Positions 54,811 through 64,000 of a DNA stretch of 64,000 bases are shown one piece after another. Numbering within the stretch: the first letter of the stretch is position 1; the number at the start of each line of letters is the position of its first letter. The stretch is taken from positions 8,432,001-8,496,000 of the forward strand of contig NC_092674.1 of assembly GCF_964355755.1 (NCBI RefSeq), read 5' to 3'. A program made the translations under genes and the position numbers. The DNA is from Antedon mediterranea. Its lineage: Eukaryota > Animalia > Echinodermata. A model generated the notes under the pieces. It did no database searches and was not told the origin of the DNA. It saw only the letters and a program-made list of their open reading frames with translations.

Positions 54811-56001
54811 GTTCATTTTTTCATAGACGCACATTATGGTTATTATGTTTAATTCACAGGGATCATATTATTACGATATTGTTGTCGTGGTAACAAGATA
54901 TGTGATAACAGACGGGTCTTCCGATCGAAAAAGGTTGTCATGGATACCGCACGTCACTATAACAGCTACGGTGTTTAATTCCAGCAAAGTATTAATACTT
55001 ATGATCGGTTCGCGTAAATTCGATCGTATTATATATATTTTTTATTTGGATAGAAAGAGTTACTATTCACTGCATTGTGTGTGTTCTAAGCCGTGACGTA
55101 GGCTACGCTTCATCGGTGTTTTTCAGGCACCATAATTTCAGGGTTTATAACTATAATAATAATAATAACACTAATAATAATAATAATAAGATTTTTATAG
55201 CGCACATACCACTCCAGAGTATTATTATTTAAAAATAAAAAAGAAATAAATCATTTTTACACGAGAAACTGTACTTTATCCGTCATATCTGTTGTTAACA
55301 TTCATTCATGTAGATTGTTCCTTATATTACTTGAATTTGTTGCTAAGACTATTTTAAGTTCTGAACACACTAAACGTCTCTTTGAAATGTAGGAGGTAGG
55401 CCAATATCAAAGCAAAAATTGCTACTCGTATATTTTCTTTGCGTCTGAAACCGGATGAATATTACCGTAGGCCTATGTGTACAGCGCATTGTTCCATGGT
55501 CTAAGGCCGCGCCTAGATCGTGTTATGGAATTAATAATTTATCCTGTTGCGTTCCCGGATGTTCTCATATTGTATGAACACCCTCTGATATTTATATTAA
55601 CTGTGTGACCCTGTTTATAAAAGCATTTAACATTAAATTACAAAAACAAATGTAACTCCTGGACTTTAATACCGGAAAGAACTTCGTCGTTCAAAACGGT
55701 TGCTATATAATGATTACTGTTCAAAAGCCATACATTTATTCAGAACTATGCTGTTATCGACTTATGAAAACTGTACGTGACTACGTCCTGAGATTGTGAT
55801 AGCATTTTACCACACGGCTTCTATAATTTACCATGCATCACGTTACGTCCTTATTGAGAGTTTTCAAGAGCATTGTTTACATTCTTATAATTCTATAGAA
55901 AATGAAATTATGAATTTCTAATTGACACATAAGGCCGTAATTATATTAATGATTTCAGAACCTATATTTTTATTACTACTACTTTTTATTTGTCATTACA
56001 G

Positions 56002-59000
56002 ATGTACCGGGCACCTCAAAAACAGGGTGCGCCCGCAGTCAATCCCAGATACATTATGTTCCCCACGGATCCTGGCAGACAATCTGCGTATGAACACGCA
56101 GTAAGTCAGACAGACGCGCTAAGTTCAATCAAGATATCAGACGCCCGGAGTCTTGCGCAATGTGTGCCACGAATTTCCAATAACGAAACGCCGTCTGCAG
56201 ATGCTCGTCGGCCTACTGTCCGTTCAGCTAGTGAGCAGCCTTTAGATTTGTCAGTTAAACGACCTAGAGTGGCAGAAAAGGGCTTTGGCATGCGATATTA
56301 TGTCAATGAACAAGGGCGGCTGGTTGATTCGGAAGCCTTTCGACAAAGAAGTGTTGTTAATCATCCTCGTGATAGTCGTAGAGAACTGCTCGCTAGTGAG
56401 TCTGCTGCGCGGTTGGAAGCTATTCAAGCGCAAAAAGCATGGATGTCGATGTTGAAACATCGACAGAACGAGGGACGGCGGGTAAATTATCTAGAACACG
56501 ATGCCGCTAAGAAAGGCCGTCTTGCGCCTCCCGTGTATAACCACCAGCCACCGATTAGCAGTGAACACAGCAGAGGTGAAACGGCACTTAAAACATTTTT
56601 ATCTACAAGCGGAAGTAGTAATGCTAAAATGATGTATAAAAAAAATAAAGATATTGCCAAATATGATATAAACAGTCAATCACTAAAGTTAGAGCAACAT
56701 CGCCAATATGCAATGAAACGGCCATACCAGGCGATGGAACCACGAGAAACTGCGAAAATCAAAGAATTTCATCCTGTACGAATTGCTTTAGTAGCACCAC
56801 GAAAGAAAGAGAGTAATGAAAAACGGAGACTGGTTGTCCAAGATCGACCAGATGAACTTAGAATTCGGAAAACGCAAGATCGGTTGGAAGACGCTAGAAT
56901 TCGGAAAACGTGCCAATCTGAGATGGTCCGTGGCCGTACTTTTTTTCCTCCTGTAATGTCTGTAAACGATGTGCTTAATCAATTACCGGAAGCTTACAAA
57001 ACAACGGCAGCACAGACGCAAGCGGTTCTTCTTCAGAATTTTTACGCCAGGGCTACGGCAGATCCTGCTGCATTCGGACTCATTCACAATTCAATGGCCG
57101 CAGGTAAAAAGATAAACAAACTATTAAAATCGTTGAATAATGAGACATCAGCAAGGCCTGAACCTGCTAAATTTTGTGTTGCGTCACGTGGTGGATTAAA
57201 GGGCATACGTCGTCAACAAATGGAAGACCTCAGACGAACAAGTGTAAGCGATACGGATGGCATTAATGATCAAGAGATCGAAAGAACACTCAAAGACACA
57301 CCAGAAAGAGCTGTATTAACGTCTAGTTCAAATGCGTTGTATTTTAAACACCTGGCACGTGAGAGATATGTTAAAGAACGACGTCAATCGCTATCTCAGA
57401 CTCCAAAAGTTGGCAGAGTCAGCACATCTACTAATACTAACTGTTCAAAATCTGAAACACGAGTGCCAAATAGTTCGAACGCTAGGGAAAATCGCTATCA
57501 GGTGGTTATAAATAAGAAACATCAACCAATCAAATTAAGCGTTACTCCGCCAGCATCCAATCAAATCCCGTCAAAAACTGTTAGTGCAAAGAATTTGAGT
57601 GTGTCAACGGTAACTCATCAAAGTATACAACCAGCGCCACCGTCAATTATTCCAAAGCGAATGGCAGAGAAACGAATACGGCATGGTGTACATAACAGAC
57701 ATCGTGAGGATACCAAAATGGTCTCACCAGAGTTTACATATTCGCCAAAAGCTGGCACAATACCGAATGCACTTCATGATTATTACTCGAACGTATTATT
57801 CGGAGGCAGTAGAACGACAGAGAGTGACCCGTTAGGTGAAATGATTCGGGCTGAACTTGACCGAAAAGGACTCCAGAAATCCGATCGGTTACTGAACAGA
57901 GAACCGTTCCATTCAGCAGAGAAAGAAGCGAGTCACACGTCTCGCGAAAAAAATAAAACCACTCATAATGATGAAAATATGAACACATCGGTTCCCGAAA
58001 TTGCGAGACAAGATATGTTGAAAAAGCAGTTTAAATTAAGTTGTGTAGAAACAAATGGCGATCGAACAGATCAGGAAAACAAACATGCAGAAAACCGTCG
58101 ACGTTTAAGGGAAGAATCTTTAAGAGGCTTATCTCTTGAAGGACTTCATAATCCATGTAAATTACCAACTGTAAACTCATCGCCCTTAACATCGCCTATA
58201 TCTGACCAACCTTCTCCACCCATGCCAATACTCACGCCACAACGCACAGTACACGCGGAGGAAGAAAGAGTTCGCAGCGGTGACTCGCCAATTCCAGTTT
58301 TAAAAGACGCCAGACACGAAGGCCCAAACTTTTCTATGTCTCTTAGTACTCCTTCTCGCCATGAGTTTAAAGTCATACCTGGTTCTCTGCCGAAGGAAGA
58401 GCATTTTCGTAGCAATCTTCAACATAGATTTGAGATAATGAAGCCTCATGCAACAACATCACATCCAGAAAATAAACCATCCGACGTTGCGATTCATACA
58501 AAAAGAGATTTAAAAACAGCTGAGAAAATAAAATATGGGGAGTCTGTCTCACAGGGAACTAAGGCGGCACTGCAGGAGATCTTTAAAGAAGCTGATGACC
58601 AGGTTGCAAGTTACCAAATGTATCGACAAATGCTTAATCAGAATGTGAAGGAAGAAGATCGCAGCATTTTTTCACGTTTAAATAATCTTCGTGAAGAAAA
58701 TAACGCTTCTTGCAAACCTGACTCAAAACCGCGAAAGTCAATGGACGTGATTGATTTGACAGATTCTTGTGAAGCATCTCCCTCTTCAGTTCATCATCCA
58801 GTAGACCCTCAGGACATACCTTCGCTGTCACTCGAACAACATCGTAAACATTCAACAGATCATTTAAATTCAGAAGATGGAGAAATAAAAGAAAGCAAAG
58901 ATTTACAGCAAGATACCGGATGTGAACGATTACCTCATGATTCACCGTTTCGAAAAGTCTACCGCACTGGAATGAAACACAGGGCTCTGCCTCCTACTTG

Positions 59001-59550
59001 CCCCAAACCGTCTTCGCCAGCTGCTGCTGATAAATTCACAGCACGTTTCTCAGATCCAAACGTTCTCAAACTGCCAAAGGAAACGGGTAAACATAATATA
59101 GTTGTAGCTAAGACCGTTTGGCCTTCAGAATCAGAACAGTTGTTGAACACGAGTGAGGTTAAAGAATTTGATGATGCCGTGGACTACTTTGGCAGGAGTG
59201 TACCAGAACATCTAGAAGATGTCACGATCCCTGCCATCCGTTTTCCACAATCTGAAGACCTGCCAGACCAAGTACTTTTAAACAGACATTCCAGAACACC
59301 ATCAGTTTCTCCAAGACGAGACGGATTGCAGATGTTAGATGTTGATCGAATGGAACAGAGACTGAAGAATCTCAGCCCAACAGTGACTACGTTGACTGGC
59401 GAGACGATTATAAAACCACCAAGGAAGAGACCTCTTGAGATTAGTCGAATTGCCAACTCTGACGGATTCGTCGCTGAGGCGAAAGCAGAGAAACATGAAG
59501 ACTTGTTGAACGAATCTGTGAGCCTTGACCGGGAAGAACGCGCTCTGAAG
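56002..59550 (+). CDS. BCOR: BCL6 corepressor (BCOR/BCORL1-family) orthologue, giant internal coding exon (1183 codons, phase 0/0)
   Basis: Lies within the 1218-aa ORF. Acceptor tttgtcattacAG ends at 56001; donor GTGAGT starts at 59551. Contains a PLDLS CtBP-binding motif (56239-56253). The exon end RIANSDGFV...SLDREERALK matches the recalled vertebrate BCOR exon-4 end RIANSAGYV...QLSREQRALQ. Confidence 0.88.
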
Positions 59551-60249
59551 GTGAGTAAAACTTTCTTTTTTTTACCTAACTCCACCGCACCGACGCTAAC
59601 TAGGCTAATGACACAATTTGTATTCCCTTTACAAACCCAACACTAATGTTAGTGTGTGTAATGTTCATACTAATTATGTCTATGAATACTACTGTTTTTG
59701 TGTGTATATGTCTTTTGTAATTGTTTATCGAACACTCAATTGCTTTGAGTAACTACATGGGACACTCCTATTAAAGGGACAAGGCAATATATATGTTTTA
59801 ACTCCATACGGTCAACTCCTACACTTAATCAAGAGGACACGCTATCGGGACCCTTAATAGGGATGTCTTCAGAATTGACCTATTCTTATCTATTCATTAA
59901 TATTTATCATTTTCATGCCTCATTCTTTTTCATGTTCACTCATCTTCTGCCATTTCACTACACTAACTCTAGGAATGTGAAATTGATTGGCGTGGAGTAG
60001 TTAGTAGTACTAAGCCGGTTCCTCTAAATCGCGTAAGTACCATCGAATTGGCTAAACATTGGCTAAATTTTGAATAATACAGATATATAGTACAGTATAT
60101 AATTGAAGCATTACAAAATAATAAACGTACGGTATTAATGGTGCTGGTTGTTAACAGTTGGTACGATATGTTATGTGTGGTTGTCGGCAATTGCTTGGTC
60201 CGATGGCTGGTAAAAAACATTGGTGATTGAATTTGTCGGTCTGGTTTTT

Positions 60250-60780
60250 TATAGGTGTGTGGTGTTGGTAGAGGTTAGTGGTGTTTTTATAGGTTGGTGG
60301 TGTTGGTAGAAGTTTGGTGGTGTTGGTAGAGGTTGGTGGTGTTGGTAGAGCTTGGTGGTGTTGGTAGAGCTTTGTTGGTGTTGGTAGAGGTTTGGTGGTG
60401 TTGGTAGAGGTTGGTGGTGTTGGTAGAGGTTGGTGGTGTTGGTAGAGGTTCGCTGGTATTTGTAAAGGTTTGTGGTGTTGGTATGAGGTTTGGTGGTGTT
60501 TCTAGAGTTTCGGGGGTGTTCCTAGAGTTTCGGTGGTGTTCTTAGAGTTTTGGTGGTGTTCCTAGAGTTTCGGTGGTGTTCCTAGAGTTTTGGTGGTGTT
60601 CCTAGAGTTTTGGTGGTGTTCCTATATGTTTGATAGTGTTGGTAGAGGTTGATGCTTTTGGTAGCGGTTGGTGATGTTGCTCGAAGTTGGTGGCTTTGGT
60701 AGACATTTTCATTTTGTGGTCTTGGTAGACGTTGTGTGGTGTTGGTAGACGTTGTGACGTTTGCAGAGTGGTGTTGGTAC
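60250..60780. repeat. G/T-rich 19-20 bp minisatellite (GGTGGTGTTGGTAGAGGTT / GGTGGTGTTCCTAGAGTTT) in a BCOR intron
   Basis: More than 20 units in two sequence-variant blocks. Confidence 0.93.
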
Positions 60781-61553
60781 CGGTTTCGTTTTTATTAATG
60801 ATATGATGACAGTAATTGTGCTTTTACTTGGAAATAGGAAATTAAAGATATTAACTTATTTCACTCTCAATTTCTTTGTTAACATTGTAATAATGCTGCT
60901 TAGTTTAAATAGCTGTACTAATAATACTAATGTACTAATATACACGGAATACTAACTTTGTATTAGTGGATTATCTCTATCACAGTTTATCTCTCTTACT
61001 AACAGCTGAACATATTATCTATCTATATTCAAAATTGATCTGCATATTAATCATTAGAAATTTATTCGACGCTATATTATATTGTTAAATTTAGGGCAAT
61101 ATGCCTATGCATTAACATATTCTTTTATGTCCGAGTACAATGTTATTGTTTGTGTATTCATTTGTTGTACATAATATAACGGCTCATATTAATATTTATT
61201 CCATATGTAATCTAATATTAAGAGCCAAGCAAGGCATTAGTTTCATAGTGGGGAGTGACCGCCCCCCCCCCCCCCCATTTTTGTTTGTGGAAAACAATAT
61301 CAAATAAATACCTCAAAATAGTACCCAATTTCAAAATTCTGGATCCGCCATATAATCTTATAACAATTGCTACCTCTACGTGGATTTACTTGATTCGATA
61401 CTTTGTTGTGAACCATGTCTTTATTTCTACTATGTTTTTATATTTTTATACCGTAATTTCACATGCAACAATGTGAACTTATACATAATATTTGATTTCC
61501 TGTTTCGATGTTGTGTTTTTAAATTTTCTGTTTCGATTGTATTTTGTTTACAG

Positions 61554-61692
61554 CGGGCTATCCTACAATTTAATCAGATGGAAGCGAAAGAGAAAGTATT
61601 TATTAGAAACCACGATAATGACACCGAGACACAGCCAGATAATGTTATACGATATGACGATGGCGATCAGAAATTACTAACAGATACAGAAG
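61554..61692 (+). CDS. BCOR: BCOR-like coding exon (RAILQFNQMEAKEK...), phase 0 to 1
   Basis: Acceptor attttgtttacAG ends at 61553; donor GTAGGA at 61693; 139 nt. RAILQFNQMEAKE resembles vertebrate BCOR RAMMRFSELEMKE and joins in frame to the giant exon. Confidence 0.88.
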
Positions 61693-61954
61693 GTAGGATT
61701 AATATGGGGCGCCGTTTGCGTCATTTAAAATAATGATGCGTATTCTACAATGCATCCATAAAAATAATAGATGATGAATAAACGTTCTTGATTAAGCCAG
61801 TCAGGTGATACAATGCGAGGACCGACGACCAAACTACGTCATGTTCATTGTGCGCATGCGTATGTCACAGATTTGACCGAAGACACATGGATTGACCTGA
61901 CCTAGGTTGGTCGTTGGTCCTTAGTTGTCGCAAGTCGAAAGCTCCCAAAAATTA

Positions 61955-62070
61955 TGTTAAATGTTTGTCAACAAGATTAATCATTCGAATTGTCGCCTGT
62001 GATTGGTCAAATTGCTTGCGTTGCGCGTAAGTACATAGTTGGATGCGTTGCGCCCTATCTAGTGTGGACA
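61955..62070. mobile_element. Degenerate MITE family A remnant in a BCOR intron
   Basis: TTCGAATTGTCGCCTGTGATTGGTCAAATTGCTTGCGTTGCG...CTAGTG family motifs. Confidence 0.5.
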
Positions 62071-62240
62071 TAAGTGACTGCTTATTGAGCTTAACAGTTA
62101 TTCTGCACATGTCCATATGGGTGCGTGTGCAGAATACCTTTTTTACTCGGTAGAGGCGCGTAGTCTAGTGACGAAACGAAAAGTTTATATAAAGCCTATA
62201 ATTCGCGGCCCGGATTAACCAACATTTGTTTTCTTTGTAG

Positions 62241-62342
62241 ATAACGATGACAACGTGTTTGTAAGCAAAGAAATAGAAGCTGCAAATGACCAAGCTGACT
62301 TGGCAGTTCTGTCTAGCCGACGCACGCGTAATGCCGGTGCAC
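62241..62342 (+). CDS. BCOR: BCOR-like coding exon (DNDDNVFVSKEIEAANDQADLAVLSSRRTRNAGA), phase 1 to 1
   Basis: Acceptor ttttctttgtAG ends at 62240; donor GTAAGT at 62343; 102 nt, open in the frame required by both neighbouring exons. Confidence 0.8.
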
Positions 62343-62529
62343 GTAAGTTTGTCAAATTATGTTCGTAATTACATCGTGATTTGACTATACGCAAAACCAA
62401 AATCTATTCGCCGCAATAGACTATCCTTTTCATGATAATAAATAATAATACGTACCGGTAATATATAATAAAACAAATGGGCACTGTGATAGCTTCCGTT
62501 TAGGATTACAGCAGCAAAATTATCAGTCG

Positions 62530-62726
62530 ATTTTATGATTTTACCTAGGAACGTTAGGGATCATCTGCGTTGTTACCAAATTCATCACAATTTAGGTCTA
62601 CCTCATTTTGTAATTTTCCGAGGAACGTTAGGGATCATCTTCGTTTGCTAACAAATGCATCACTATAGGCATATTAGGTCTATACCTCATTTTATGATTT
62701 TTATTCCCGAGAGCTGTTAGGGATCA
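62530..62726. repeat. Diverged ~75-100 bp direct repeat x3 (GGAACGTTAGGGATCA...ACCTCATTTT)
   Basis: GTTAGGGATCA near 62552, 62626 and 62716. Confidence 0.65.
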
Positions 62727-62860
62727 GAAATTCAGTGCTAGATGTACCTACCTCTATTTCTAGTAAAAGTCTTTATAAAACAACTGTCCAAACATATTAT
62801 AACGGAAAAATGTTTTGTACTTCCTTTTGGTGTATTAATTCATTTCACATATTTTTTCAG

Positions 62861-63459
62861 GTCCTAGTAGCACACAGAAACCTTATAACAAAAACGCTCG
62901 CTACGAACTGGAGATAGAGAAAGAGCAAGCAAAATACTGGCAGCGACGACGACAACGTTCAACGTCAGTAAGCGTTAGTGAAGATGACTCACCTCCAGCT
63001 AAACGTCCACCCGGACGCCCACCTAAGACGGACCGTGAGCGTAAACTTAGCACCAATAGTACAAAAAACACAAAAACGGCGCACATTTTAAGCGAAAAAA
63101 TTAAAATGAAGTACAAAGGATGTGGACGTGGAAAGTACCCGCGCGTGCGAAAGATTTCGTTAGATTCCAGGAAAAGCCGTGATGATGACGCCGCCGCCCC
63201 GATTAATCTCCATTTGAAGTTGAAGAATGAGTACGACGCGGAGACTATTACCGAAGAAATACCGATATCAGAACGAAGGAAGTCGTCGACGTCGTCCGCT
63301 GGAAAACGTTCCATGCGCTGCGTCGTCGATCCATGCAACCCACATAAAATGAAATTTGTGGCCATATCAGGTGGCAAGAAACATAAAATGAAAACTAAAC
63401 ACCTAGAAGACGACATGTGGAGTCAAGACGGTGTAGCAGCAGAACCAGACGAGGGCGGG
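62861..63459 (+). CDS. BCOR: BCOR-like coding exon (basic, includes KRPPGRPPK), phase 1 to 0
   Basis: Acceptor attttttcAG ends at 62860; in frame with ORF 63106-63564; donor GTAAAT at 63460, after which the ORF becomes intron-like T-rich sequence. Confidence 0.82.
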
Positions 63460-63877
63460 GTAAATAATTGCTGTTTCTTATATGTTTTTATTTCTTTATT
63501 ATGTTGTATATACTGTATTGTACCTCCAAACACTACTAAGTCCAAGACGCATTCAGTGCGTTAGACAAAGTATAGATGGCCCACAGATGGTTGTTACCCT
63601 TGGAACAAATGCGTCTAATTCTAATTAAACTTGCGGCGACTACCGTACGCAGCTTTCTTGCCGAGAAGTCATTCTTCACTCGAGTTCATATTGAGCATGC
63701 GCATAATGAATGATAGACTCGTAGTCGCGTCGCGTCGTAAAAAAATAAGACGAACCATGTCCATATATGCACTTATATTTTTATAAAACCATACATTTAC
63801 CCATCGTTTGTTTTGTGTTTTAACCAGTAAATCAGCCTTTAAAAAAGTAATACTTTTAAAATCTTTTTTTAACATAG

Positions 63878-63953
63878 GAATTCGACGAAGAAAGTGACTT
63901 CATCAAATGTGAGACGGAATCGCTCGAGTTCGAGCGTCCTGAACCTCCGCCAG
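63878..63953 (+). CDS. BCOR: BCOR-like coding exon (EFDEESDFIKCETESLEFERPEPPP), phase 0 to 1; gene continues beyond the window
   Basis: Acceptor tttttttaacatAG ends at 63877; donor GTAAGA at 63954. RPEPPP resembles RPMPPE, which precedes the ankyrin repeats in vertebrate BCOR. Confidence 0.78.
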
Positions 63954-64000
63954 GTAAGATGAATAGGACTATAATATCGATAAATACTAAACAATTTTGG

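Noticed and set aside
55990-56001. ORF-track start MSLQ of the 1218-aa ORF
   Set aside because: It is a TTG within the polypyrimidine tract/acceptor; the exon begins at 56002.
59551-59646. ORF tail VSKTFFFL...LQTQH as a C-terminus
   Set aside because: Read-through of the canonical GTGAGT donor; homology continues in the exon at 61554 and I see no nearby poly(A) signal.
62901-63416. 171-aa minus-strand ORF and other antisense ORFs over 56106-59585
   Set aside because: Antisense shadows of the BCOR-like exons with no independent motif support.

Overview
AT-rich animal genomic DNA, not prokaryotic. The Deu-domain SINE and the gene content suggest an invertebrate deuterostome, possibly an echinoderm (inference). 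The only convincing protein-coding gene is a + strand BCL6 corepressor (BCOR/BCORL1-family) orthologue. It has a 3.55-kb coding exon (56002-59550), four downstream exons with compatible splice phases (61554-61692, 62241-62342, 62861-63459, 63878-63953) and two candidate small upstream coding exons (44361-44422, 50313-50439). The gene runs off the right edge, probably just before the ankyrin/PUFD region. The first ~44 kb has no credible coding exon. It is dense in non-autonomous DNA transposons (Harbinger/PIF-type MITEs with TAA/TTA TSDs, IS3EU-like elements with 6-bp TSDs, a hAT-like 1.75-kb element, a Tc1/mariner-type element), tRNA-derived SINEs, LINE 3' remnants and minisatellites. The most unusual observations are: an IS3EU-like element filled with 24 palindromic AGATATCT cores joined by four spacer types; many TA-core-TA motifs that resemble transposon excision footprints; a tRNA-Asp-like cloverleaf with an ATC anticodon inside a repeat; and MITE-seeded tandem arrays. 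I found no firm evidence of a new protein-based system. All family assignments come from recalled motifs, not database searches.
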